Part shown: piece after piece, positions 39,340-51,399 of the stretch | How the letters are laid out: each line of letters starts with the position of its first letter | Numbering within the stretch: position 1 is the stretch's first letter | Source: Vicugna vicugna | Taxonomy: Eukaryota | DNA: 64,000 nucleotides | NCBI GenBank assembly: GCA_013265495.1 | Contig: MU058584.1 | Coordinates: 7,406,407-7,470,406, forward strand | Direction: 5' to 3' | Notes under the pieces: model-generated | The model's database searches: none | Told to the model about the DNA's origin: nothing | The model's input: the letters and a program-made list of their open reading frames with translations, nothing else | Translations under genes and position numbers: made by a program

Positions 39340-39845
39340 ACCACGCAAAAATACTTCCTTACCTGTAGGATAATGTCTAAACTTTAGCCTCCATTATCCA
39401 TCCCAAGCCGGAGTCTAGTGCCTTCTCTTGCCACTAGTGCCCTTGAATTCTGTGCTCCAGCGATGACCTTCAGTCATTGCCCTCGATGGGCCAAACCCTT
39501 TCCCTGCCGGGACTTTTGATGTGCTCTTTCTTGGCGCTTAGAACAGCTTCTTTTCCATTTTTTCCTGAATATCTTCTCATTTTCCTTAGTTTATCACTTC
39601 CTTAGGAGTACTTTCCCTACCTTCTACAGTATTTTCAGTTGTCTGCTGTATGTTCCCATAAGAGTCTGTCCCTTTTACACTCAGTGTCCATTTCCTTCTT
39701 TGGTGTTATTCTCCCCTACTTGCCTGTAAACTCTGCAAGATCAGGGACAGTGTTGCCATGTTCAGGACTAAATTCTTTGTGTCTAACTTAGAGCCTGCTG
39801 ATGAAAGGTGTCCAAAAAAATAACTGTTGAATGAAAAGAAGGAGT
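39340..39845 (+). mobile_element. L2 3' end fragment
   Basis: ctgtaaactctgcaagatcagggac...tgttgaatgaa. Confidence 0.6.
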
Positions 39846-40454
39846 TACATATTTTAAAATCAAATCTGAAGTTAATGACCAGATATGGAAATGTTCTCTA
39901 TAATATTATAGTGTTAATATTTGGAAGGGAACATCTAGAATGTATTAAAGCAGCTTATTAACTTTGAACATTACTTTTTGTCATCCAGAGAAAACAACTG
40001 GAATTTTTTTATAATTCTTTATTTATAATTGTTAACTCAGAGTTGTCCTTTCAGGCTTGCTTATGGTGATTATTTAAGTGTAGCACCTAAATACATCACC
40101 AGAAAAATGATTGTGTATAGGTCTGAAGTGTGAGTCTAGTCTTAGAAAGAAACTGATTCACACTTGGTTAACTTTTAGAGCTAACCGCCCAATTATGAAC
40201 AGCATTTGGACTCCAGTAGATGCTACTATCATTTTAGGTAGGAGAGTTCTTCATTTATCACCTTTGGTCTTTACTCAGTAGATGTCTCCTAGACACTGTG
40301 ACAGTACGGTTATGCCTGCTGCACAGAAAGCCCTTGGTGTTGGCAATCTCCCTGCTTTAGAACTATTACATCAATAATTAATGACTAACCTATGATTTAA
40401 GGAAAGTGTAAGTATATCAAAGGAGCATAAAGCACAGTTTCTACCTTGATAATG

Positions 40455-40690
40455 TTATCTATCATTTATTGAACATTTACCAGATGCCAGACCTTCTGAG
40501 TGCTTTATGTACACCAATCTCACTTAATAGTCACATTATTTGAAATTGGAACTATTAGCTCCGATTCTCAGATTTTAAAAAATGAGTCTTGGTTACTTGT
40601 GAATAACTTGCTTATGTTCGTACATTTAGTAAATGGCAGAACTGAAATACAAACCCAAGGAGTCCAAGCTTTGAAATCAGCTATAATCTT
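40455..40690 (-). mobile_element. MIR SINE
   Basis: catttattgaacattta...tagtaaatggcaga...aacccaag. Confidence 0.6.
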
Positions 40691-41689
40691 ATCAGGAAAA
40701 TGCGAACGAAGCAAATACAGTTGCTGGTAATTCAGAACAAGGTGATGTAAGCGCTTAATTAAGATAATGAATAAAGTAAATGTTCAGGGAGGAAGAGTTA
40801 CATATGGGCTCCTGTGCTTCTTTATTACTTATTAAAATAATGCCATAGATTAATTCCTTTTTTCTTTAGAGTGTTATATTACCCAGAAGCTGCTCCATGT
40901 GTTTGTACTTCTACCTCTTACTCTGGCATATTTGATTTTTTTAAATAATCATATCGTAAAATTAGCTACCCATTTTTGAATGGTTATTTTGTATAAGGCA
41001 GTGTGTTAGGCACTTTGTTCCTCAAAGCATGTTAACCTTAACCATCGAATGGCAGCGTATCTCCCTGCTTCTCATTATGGGCCAAAATTTCCAGAAACTT
41101 CTTTAAAACAGAACATATCTCTGTTTGATATATATTTGTTTCCATTGGCCAATTACTAACTTTTAAAAACATTTTTCGGGAGAATTTTTTTTTCTACACC
41201 TTGGATGTTGTGAAGGTATTGATTCATTACATGAAATCGGAGTTTCATGGGAGACCTTCAGCTCTGTCACCCATCCATTTCAGTCTGGCTGACCTACCCC
41301 GCCCCTCCATCCATCACGCCACAGAAATGGTGCTTGGTGAGCTGCAGCCAGCATGCATCAGTGGGGCCACAGTGCTTACTCAAATATTGAATGCTTTTCT
41401 ACGAGCGGTAACTGGCTGTTCCCCCAAGCGCCTGCCTATCATCAGAGATGCTGAGGCTCCTCTCTCAGAATCCCACCAATGTCCCTCCTTATCCGGAAGT
41501 TAAAGGCAAAGATCTGGTACAGAAGGGGACCCCCAGTACCCTGCTCTAGCACTTTGACCCTAAAACCCCTTCAGATTGGCCAAGTTGTTGCCTTCCTAGT
41601 TGTGAAATTGTTTTAATACCTTCTCTTCAGTAACCCTTGTGTTACCCAAATCAGTGAATAATTTTTTTACTTTGAGTTTTACTTTCCCT

Positions 41690-42845
41690 CATGGTATCAT
41701 TTGACCTTTTCAATCCTTTTGCCTTGTTAAAACATTTTCTTCCTTTGACTTCTGTTTTTCCCTCCCACCCTTCTAGCCACCCATCTTTCGCCTTTGTAGC
41801 TTCACCCTCTCTGCCCAGTTGTATCTTTCCTTTCCTCAGGGTTCGGTCCTCGGTCCTCTTCTCTTCTCACTCAAACTCTCACTTCATGTCACTTTTGTCA
41901 CACCTATGGCTTCAGTCACACCCATAATCAACAACTCACAAATCTGTGTATCTGATGGTGACTTCTCTATAGCCAGTGATTTATTTGACGTGTTCACATC
42001 TTGACATGTCCAGACTGAACTCATGACTTACCCCTTCCCTAAACGTGGCCCTCCGACACTCCATCAGAGAATTTGCCTCCACAGTCTGTCCAGTTTCAGA
42101 AATTTAAACCTTGGGAGTCATCCTTGACACCTCATTCTCTCTCATCTGTCACCTCCAATTTATCGTGGTCGTATTAATTTTTTCTTTCTAAATATTCCTC
42201 AAGTCTGTCTGCTTCCCTCTATGTCCATTTCTACCACTCTTGTCATAGTTATCATTGTCTGTGACTTAGGATTCTAATCTTAGTATTCTATCCGACCCCC
42301 CTCCCTCCTCCTCTCTCTAACCTCTTCACCAAACTAAAACTAGAAAAGGGAATGTCTCATGATGCAAATCTTATGTTGCTACCCTCCTTTAAACACTTCA
42401 AAGGCTTCCCGTTCCTCTCAGGATAAAGAGCAAATTTCTTCACATAAATTACATGGCCGAGCATGGTTTGCCTCCTCACCAGGCTTGTCTTGCTTAAGGC
42501 CCACTCTTGTCTTCTGTGCTAGGGCCATCCCATCCCCCAGTCGCGGCCCACAGCCTTCAGATGTTAGTGCCTGTGCTAAAGTCAGCAAGGAGGCCACTCC
42601 TACCCTGTGCAGGTCAGAGCTCTCTCAACGGACTGACCCCCTTCTTGGCAGCAGCAGCCACAGCTGTAATTTTACATTTATCTGTGTGAGTCTTTGCGTA
42701 GTGTCTATTCTGCCATTTGTCTGTAAGCTCTGTGAAGTTCGGGGACTGTTCCTGTTTTGGGGGGGTTGTTTATTCCTGTATTTTTAGCATGCTACCTGAC
42801 ATATATAAGGTACTCACTACCTTTCTATTAAATGAACTGATAAAT
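41690..42845 (+). mobile_element. L2 3' portion
   Basis: ccttgggagtcatccttgacacctc, ctgtaagctctgtgaag, L2-type tail. Confidence 0.75.
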
Positions 42846-42948
42846 ATTGACTAAGGTGCTTTCTTTCTCAAAGAAGCCCTCTGGATTATTTTTAGTAAAA
42901 TATCCAAATTCTACTCAGACCTTATTAATTATGTGGTATCTTTTCCTT

Positions 42949-42988
<40 letters not shown>
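42949..42988. repeat. (TG)n microsatellite with TGTA variants
   Basis: Direct inspection. Confidence 0.9.
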
Positions 42989-42989
<1 letters not shown>

Positions 42990-44199
42990 TTTTGTCCTTG
43001 AATGTGAGAAATAAATGACGGGCTTAGCTCTCATTCTGTTTTGTATCATTTGGAATCTCTTCCACATGGAGGGTTCCCATTAACTTCAAAGGAAGCTCTG
43101 CACATGGAAAAGATACACAGGAAAAAAGTGAAAAAAGTAGAGCCCTGATTTTCATCATGGTTAATGGCCTGGATCTTGTAGAGGTTTAGGTGAGTAAATT
43201 CTGAGAATAAACAGCCCACTCCTAGTGAATTCTTCAGCAATAGCTGTACATGTGGCAGGAATAATGCATAAACAGGCAGTTGGGGAAATTCTGGGAAATG
43301 ATGAGAAGGAAAGAAATTCTTTAGGAGTAATTTTGAGAATCAAGATAATACCATAGACTAGTGAGCCACAGAGGCGTGAAAAGTGTACTCACAATGTGAG
43401 GATGGGCTAGTGTCCTGGAAGCAAGACTCAAGGGAAAGGATTTCGGGTGCTGTTATGGGACAGAATGAATGGAAGATGACCGAGGCACCACAGAGGTAGT
43501 CCTTGTAGACTTGGGCGGTCCAGAAAAAGAGTGGGAAGGGGGCTCCGTAGGTTACCCGGTGAGATTATTTCATGAAACAATAACTTGGAGTTCTGCTTCA
43601 CCTACAAATTTGATTCATGTGATTGTGAGTTAAACTTACACCAATGTTTTCAGGTAAAGGTTGATTTTTACAGAGAAATCAGGAAGTTATTATCTTTTTT
43701 GGCATCTCTATCTTCAAATAAAAAGGGGATTTGATATGAATATTAAATGTCAGTTTCTTATTTTCAACCAGTTTTTATAGCACCGTGATCATATGTTTTC
43801 AGTCGGTCAAATCAGCTCCTTATTTAAAGTAGTTAAGCTTCTTTCATCATGGTCATTCCCCATGTAGTATTCCAGAATTATTTTTTTATGTTGTGCTGTA
43901 GAGTTATTTCACTCCCTGACTATTTGTAATCTGCCTCAGTTTTCCAACATGCTATGTCCATTACACATTAAAGGAAATCTTAAATTGCTTGTTTTAAGCA
44001 AGCAATAATGTGATGGTAGCTGGTATTCTTAGTAGCATGAATATGGTAGGAAAACCCGGAAAATACAGGAAAATTGAAGGAGAACAAAAATGTAACTTTA
44101 TATCTTACCACTAATTTTCAGTCATAGTTGACATTTTGATATATATTGCAGTCATTTTTCTATCTTTACATTAACAAATGAAACCAATGTAATACCATA

Positions 44200-44400
44200 T
44201 ATAATAATACTCATAGGTACCGATCTAAGTCCTTTACATTTATTAAATCATCATTTTCACAACAACTCTGTTAACAGGTGTTACTGTCCCATGATATGTA
44301 TGAAGAAATTGAGTCAGAGAGGCTCACCCAGTGACACCCAGCTAGCAAGTGTTGGAAGGAGGAGACCATCCCAGACAGTCTGACTCCAGAGTCCTGCCCA
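44200..44400 (-). mobile_element. MIR SINE
   Basis: cacaacaactctg...cagctagcaagtg...cagtctgactccagag. Confidence 0.7.
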
Positions 44401-44584
44401 GTATTTAGCACTCCTTTGCCAAAATGTTTTCTCACATCGTAGAGTAGGTATTTGTGCTAAGCTTAATTTAGCATCAGGGGAGTATATCAGAATCTATTAA
44501 CCAATATCCAGTTAGGCAAATAGGTTGTTTCCAATTGCTTGCTGCTAGAAAGAGGGGTGTGGCCAACATCCTTGTATGTATTGT

Positions 44585-44900
44585 GAATTAAGGGCTGGGG
44601 CTCTGAAATCAGAGCACCTGAGAGACTATTTTTATTCACGTGCTCTGGTGCTAAATCCTCTGAATGTGCCTTGCGAAGTCAAGCAAAATGGCAGACTTGC
44701 TCCTATAAGTAAGCCCGTTGGTTACCAGCATGGGTCTGGCAGTGTTGCAGGAGCCTGACTGTAGTTTCCTTATCTGTCATGTGAGGAAAATATTACCCCC
44801 CTCAAAGGATTACTGTGTGGATTAAAAGAAATAATGTGCGTGGAGCTCGTAGCAAAATCCCTGGCACCGGGTAGTGTTTAGTAAGCGTTAGCTCTTGTTA
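44585..44900 (+). mobile_element. MIR SINE with a non-MIR interior segment
   Basis: MIR 5' (gctctgaaatcaga) and 3' half (gtttccttatctgt...ggattaaa...cctggcac) separated by ~140 nt of unrelated sequence. Confidence 0.55.
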
Positions 44901-45056
44901 CTCTCCTTGAATTCCTAGAAATGGACTCAAAGGGTGTTCTTAACTTTACCGATTTCAGGTACTTACAGAACTCTGTGCTCCGATTTCCTAGAACATTAAA
45001 TCCAGGAAAGGAACATCTAGACATAAAAATGTCAGTTAACTCATTTGTAGTTGTAT

Positions 45057-45669
45057 TTTACAGTCTTTTTGGTTTTTTTTTTTTACTGAAGTATATTCAG
45101 TTTACAATGTTGTGTCAATTTCTGGTGTACAGCACAATTCTTCAGTCATACATGAATATACATATATTTGTTTTCATATTTTTCACCATAAGCTACTACA
45201 AGAGATCAAATGTAGTTCCCTGTGCTATACAGTATAAACTTGTTTATCTGTTTTATATATACCAATCAATATCTGCAAATCTCGAACTCCCAGTTTATCC
45301 CATCCCATTCCTTTCCCCTGCTGGTAACCATAAGTTCCATGCCTGTGAGTCTGTTTCTGTTTTGTTAAAAAATAAGTCCATTTGTCTTTTTTTTTTTTTT
45401 TTTTTTTTTTTTTATATGAGTGATATCATATGGCATTTTTCTTTCCCTTTCTGGCTTACTTCACTTAGAATGATGATCTCCAGGTCCATCCATGTTGCTG
45501 CAAATGGCATTATTTTAATTATTTTTTATGGCTGACTAGTGTTCCATTGTATAAATATGCCACAACTTCTTTATCCAGTCATCTGTGAGTGGACATCTAG
45601 GTTGTTTCCATGTCTTGGCTATTGTAATAGTGCTGCTATGAACATTGGGGTGCCAATGTTTATAGTCTT
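45057..45669 (-). mobile_element. 5'-truncated L1 3' end with probable TSD
   Basis: Poly-T, L1 3'UTR antisense, ccatccatgttgctgcaaatggc; tttaYagtctt at 45057-45067 and 45659-45669. Confidence 0.85.
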
Positions 45670-46499
45670 GAGAACAAAACAGACACTATTTCATCAAATA
45701 TTTGATTATTTTGTGTCTTAAGTTGATTATTTAAATCCCTTTAGAGATGCTTCACCTTAATTTGCTTGTTTTCATAGCATCTTTATCCCAATCATAAGAT
45801 AAGTTCATCAGATGTGAAAATCTATTTTCCGCATTACGTCAGCCCACCGATAACACACAGCTGGACCTGGTTATGGTGGCTCTTATTTGTGACAAAGGGG
45901 CAGGGCACCTGGCACAGTGCCTAGGCCACCAAAGGCATTCAGTACATATGGTTGGCTGACTAATCAAGTGTCTTAAGTGAGAAGGACCTTTGAACAATTT
46001 CCTGAATTAAATTGATCCCTTAAAACTGCAGGCATGAACTCTTTTCTTCCTCAGACTGGGTGCTCTCTGTGGGCAGGCTAGCTCCCAAGCTGAACAGGAG
46101 AGAATGGGCGAGGGAACAACTTCTGTATTTATCCTTCTAGATTTACCAGTCTGAGAAGTCACTTTCCTCCTCCACAGGTGTAACGAGTGAGGAAACAACA
46201 GAAGTCCCGCTTCATCCCCACCCCTTGGCAGCATCCCTCGGCCCTCCTCCCCCTTTTATGCCAGTGAGTTTAATCATGAAGTCAGTGGTTAACCAGGAGT
46301 GTGGCTAACCCTCTTTGGGGGAAGAGATCTACTGTCTGTTAGTTCTGTTCCTACCTTCTAGAAGCCACTCCTCCAAAGCTCACTGTGACTCCTTGGGCAT
46401 CCTCCTAGGACCACTAGTGGACAGAGGGCTCTGAAATGGGTCTAAATAGTGCATCAGTAAAATTCACTGCAAGGCTGATTTGTACCTCAGGTTAAATGT

Positions 46500-46575
46500 T
46501 TCTTTTTTCTTTTTTTTCTTTTTAACATTTTTTTTAATCGAGTTATAGTTAGTTTACAGTGTTGTGTCAATTTCA
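46500..46575 (-). mobile_element. Very short L1 3' tail remnant
   Basis: T tract followed by agtttacagtgttgtgtcaatttc, as in the other L1 3' ends. Confidence 0.6.
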
Positions 46576-48973
46576 ATGAATATTTCTTTCTTACTTTATT
46601 TCCTGTTTCAAATTATGTACAACCATATTATTCCCATAGCCTGTCAGAGATTCTGCAATGATCGCATGACATCATTAATGTATTCTAATCTATTACCCTT
46701 AGTAATAAGATGTCAACAAAATAGATGTGTTTTCAATGTGACTACGAACCCCCTCATGCTATGAAGTTCTCAGAAATTAAAGTCCAAAGATTACATTACC
46801 AAAGGAGTTTGTAAAGTGTGAGATACTTGTGGAACATCAAATTCAAGTCCTCCCCCAATTCTTACTCTCTGGCTCTCAGCCACAGAGGTTCTCTGGCCCA
46901 GGCAGACTTGAGGTTCCTTCGCTGGCTGCACCCTGAGCTGGCCTCTAACACAATGGGTTGCTGCTTCTGGGCTTTTGAAGTTGAAATAGTCTCTTGTGTT
47001 CCTTACTTCATATATAAAGCAAAGAATGAGACACAAAAGGTAATCCCAGCACTAGCCCCACATCAGCCGAATTTAATAAGACGAAACAGACTCCTTAGTC
47101 TTTAAAACGATTACCTCGGTCTGTGTTATGTTCCCAGACCCCTTCCCTAGATATGGCCACAGACTATAGCAGACATTCAGAGGTAACTGAATGTGAGAGT
47201 GTAGACAGAAAATCTTCCTGATTTTAGTCCCACCAGACTGTCGATCAGTTTTTTTCTAGTTGTTAGTGAACTTCTACGTTTACTGGGGGAGACCTCTCCC
47301 TAAGAGGTTAATTTTGCCTCTGTGCACGTACCTTAAGGAGAGAAAGCAGTCTGTTATGTATAGTCTAGGAGAATGCTTGAAACACTGCTGTTTCAGAGTT
47401 AAGGGCTTTGCATCTGACAGCCCCAGGCGCCAGGTCTTACTTGAGTTGCCTTCCTCTCCTGTGCAGCATATTCAAAGCCTTGTAATTTCTTCTTTCCTTT
47501 TGCTTTTGTGTTTCCCTTTCTGCCTCTTGTTACATAATTTATTGATCTAGAAGTCTGGGCCTCCTGGGGAGACTTTTCTCCTGCTTACATAATTAATCCA
47601 GAGCCAGTTTGAGAACATGTGCTGGGGTGGGAGCCGGGTTTGACCCTTGAGTCTGTATATAAGCAACATGAGTTGAGATCAGCTCTCCACCGTCCCCTCC
47701 TTGTCCTGGCCTGGGGTAAAGGATGGCATGGAGGGCAGCCAATCTAACCCTTCCTTCTTCCCGTCTAATAAACTAAAGCTAGAACCTAGAAGGGCTCTGT
47801 GATACATATGGACCTCAGCTGCCTTCCAGTTTAAAAGTAGTAAATCTAATTCTCCCTCCTGAGGCCCATGAGGTCTGTAAGTAGAAAGACCTTTTTCCCT
47901 ATAGTCTGGGTCCTTGCCTCAGGCACACCTGCTTAGGAAAATCTGTGCCGACCAGATTCGAGGATAAGCAGCCTATCACCTGAGGATGCCCGTGCCCACA
48001 AAGGTGGGTCCCTCCCAGCCAGCTGAGTGACGGCCCGGCCTGGGCCTTTGCTGGGCCTGGCCTGTGCAGCCCTGCAGCCCCGTGGTGTGTGAACTACCTT
48101 TACAGAGGCTGCCTCTCACCTGTGGGTAAGCCTTTTTTAATCCACCAAGATCAAAATATCAAACAGTCTGTGGTTACAGCCTCCACAAGGGCTACAGCAG
48201 TTAAAAGCCAGCTGCAGAGCTGAGAAAAACTCGTATGGTCCACCGTAAGTAGGGCCAAGGTCAAAATGCCCTGGTCACAAATGAAGTTCAGGGCCCAAAC
48301 TTTGGCCACTTAAAACTTTTCCACGTGCATTGCTTTCTTCCCAAAATTTTATTCCTTGTCTGTGTTTTAATTTTATGATCCAATGTGCCAGCCAGATGTT
48401 AACGTTCAAACTTGTCCCTAACATATAGGTTTTGCCAACCCTGGCTGACAAGGCCTGACTTTTCATGGTAGGGAGGAACTCACCAGAACACACACTCTCA
48501 AGAGTAGGCTCGCCACTTAGAGAAGGGGCTGGGCTGGTCCAGTCTCCATATTCTTCTGCTTTCAGAGTTTCTGTATTTGGCAGAAGAAGCTTGGGTGATA
48601 TTTATAGCAATAAATATTAAAAAATGGTTTGCCGTAAGCCTTAAGAATAAGACATGCCCTTCCAGCTCTCAGGGTCCCTTCTAGGCATATAATTATGTTC
48701 TTGTTTACTTGGACAGGGTGGAATTTGATATTCAAACACTAAGAGGCTGTAAATGGTTATTGTGCTAAATGTTGGTGGATTTATTTTGGTACTTTTAAAT
48801 TTGAATACAAAATTAACACAGCTCTTTAAATGAAGAGATTACAATCGTTCTTGTTTGTCTTAACATTCTTTTCAAATTTTATTATTTTATTTAGCCTTTG
48901 CCTTCTCTTTCTCTTATTTTCCTTTGTTTCGTTTTATTAATTTCCTCTTAGTGCTCTGATCTCTTGTGTTCTG

Positions 48974-49147
48974 TTTTTTCTTATTGTTTGGTGTTTTTTG
49001 TTTTTTGTTGTTTTGGGGGTTATTAGGTATATTTATGTACTTTAATGGAGGTACTGGGGATTGAACCCAGGACCTTGTGCATGCTAAGCATGAGCTTTAT
49101 CGCTGAGCTCTACCCACCTTCTCTGACCATTTTTTTCTTAATGTTTG
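48974..49147 (-). mobile_element. Camelid-type tRNA-derived SINE (Vic-1/SINE_VPa-like) with target-site duplication
   Basis: Minus strand GGGTAGAGCTCAGCGATAAAGCTCATGCTTAGCATGCACAAGGTCCTGGGTTCAATCCCCAGTACCTCC (A/B boxes) plus A-rich tail; 17-bp direct repeats ttttttcttaWtgtttg at 48974-48990 and 49131-49147. Confidence 0.85.
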
Positions 49148-50084
49148 CCTTTTTTTTTTAAATCTCATTCTGCTGCTTTACCTTGATTTTGTGATTTCTC
49201 TCTCCCTCAATTCTTTTGTGAAAAATTACATTAGGAATTGCTTTTTCTCAATTCTTAGTTTGAACTGCCTGTCACTGGGGGAAAAGGTCCATTTGTGGCA
49301 AATACGCTCCCCTCCACTGCAGGAAGGGTTGGGATTGGGCCAGAGTTTCTTCAACTTTTTATGACAGCTACCTGCTGACAGTGTTCAGTGCTGGAAGCAC
49401 TCCCATGGGTGCCAGTGAAGGGATGTGCACTCTGTGCACTCACAACATGACAGTTGTAATCCTCTTTTTCTCTCCAAGTGAGAAAGTCTGTTGTAATGAA
49501 AATGACTGTAATGTCATAGAATGTAGTAATCTATTTTAATTATTTTTGTTGATTTTTCTTTGCAAATTTTAACTGTTATCAGTTATTTATAATTTCCATA
49601 TAGCTTGATTTAATATATCCACTGACTAAATGATATTTAATAAATATCCTTTTTGGCTATAACATTCCATACTTCTGGAAATAGTGGTACATCTCTGAAA
49701 GATGAATCCAGTGGTACCAATGAGATCAGGCAATTTATTGCTTCACATCATTTTAAATCCCCCAAACTCTATTCTTGACTTGACTTACATAGTATCTGCT
49801 TTTTTTTTTCCCCCTGCCTCTCTGTGAACCCCTCCCTGGCTTCATTTCTCTGTCTGGCCTAGATTAAGTAGATGATCACCTAAATTACTCTCTTGCCCCA
49901 AACCTTCAACATCTTTACACCCATGTACTTGGGTCTCTTGGGTCCAAAAATTCAGAACCCTGGATTCGCTCCCGTTTACCTTCTGTTTCTACATCAAGTG
50001 TGCAGAGCACTGCCAGAGGTGATAGTGCAGCCATTGCAGTTGTGTCCCTGCAAGTTATGGTCTTCATTCTCAACCTTCATTCGT

Positions 50085-51390
50085 TATTTTTATGACGTTA
50101 CATTTTTAGAGCAGTTTTAGGTTTATGACAAAATTGAGAGGCAGTTACAGAGATTTTTTTTTTCATCTCCCCCTGCCCCTACACATGCACAACCTCCCTC
50201 TTTATCAACATCACTCACCAGCGTGATACTTTTTTTTTTTTAACCGAAGGTGAACCTACATTGACACATCATAATCACCCAAAATCTATAGTTTACCTCG
50301 GGCTCACTCTTGGTGATGTACATTCTATATGTTTGGAAAAAAATATATAATGACATATATCCACCATTATGTCAGGGTATTTTTCAGTGCCCTAAGAGCC
50401 GTATATGCTCTGCTATTTGTCTCCCTTCCCCCACCCCACCCTTGACAACTATTGATCTCTTTATTGTTTCCATAATTTTGCCTTTTCCAGAATGTCATAT
50501 AATTAGAATCATACAGAATGTAGACTTTTCAGATTGGCTTCTTTCACTTAGTAATACGCATTTAAGGTTCCTCTATGTCTTTTCATGGCTTGATAGCTCA
50601 TTTCTTTTTAGTGCTGAATAATATTCCATTACCCATGTGCCATGATTTATTTATTCATTCCTCTACTAAAGGACATCTCAGTTGCTTCAATCTTTGGCAG
50701 TTATGAATAAAGCTGCCATATATGTGAATGTGTGTGTACATAAGTTTTCAACTCCTTTGGGTGAATACCAAGGATCATGATTGTTGGATCAAATGGGCAG
50801 AGTATGTTTATTTTTGTAAGAAGGCAACAAACTGTTTTCCAAAATGTTTTGTGCCATTTTGCGTTCTCACCAGCAGTGTATGAAAGTTCCTGTTGGTCCA
50901 CATCTTCACCAGCATTTTGTGTTGTCTGTGTTCTGGATTTTGGCCATTCTAATAGGTGTGTAACAGTATCTCATTGTTACAGTTTGCATTTCCCTGATGA
51001 CATACGATGATGAGCATCTTATCATGTGCTTATGTGCCATCTGTATGTGTTTGATGAGGTGTCTATTTAAAGTCTTTGACCCATTTTTTAAATTGGGTTA
51101 TTTGTTTTCTTATTTTAAGAGTTCTTTATATATTTTAGGTATTAGCCCTTTATCAGATTTGTCTTTTGCAAAAATTTTCCCCTGTTCTGCGGCTTGTCTT
51201 CTGATTTTTTTTTGATACTGTCTTTTGCAGAGGAGAAGTTTTTAATTTTAATGAAGTCCAAGTTACTAACTATTTCTTTCATGGACTGTGTGTTTGGTGT
51301 TGTATCTAAAGAGGCATCACCATACCCAAGGTCATCTAGATTTTCTCCTATGTTATCTTCTGGGAGTTTGATAATGTTGTGTTTTGTCAA
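50085..51390 (-). mobile_element. Older L1 (L1MA/L1MB-like) 3' region
   Basis: ttagagcagttttaggttt, ttcagattggcttctttcacttagtaat, gtttggtgttgtatctaaa. Confidence 0.85.
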
Positions 51391-51399
51391 CCATTTTTT

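Noticed and set aside
44921..45535. Longest ORF in the track (204 aa)
   Set aside because: Runs through an antisense L1 3'UTR and a poly-T tract (poly-Phe); no protein-like content.
49047..49118. tRNA-Ala-like sequence as a real tRNA gene
   Set aside because: Degenerate A box, A-rich tail and TSDs indicate a SINE.
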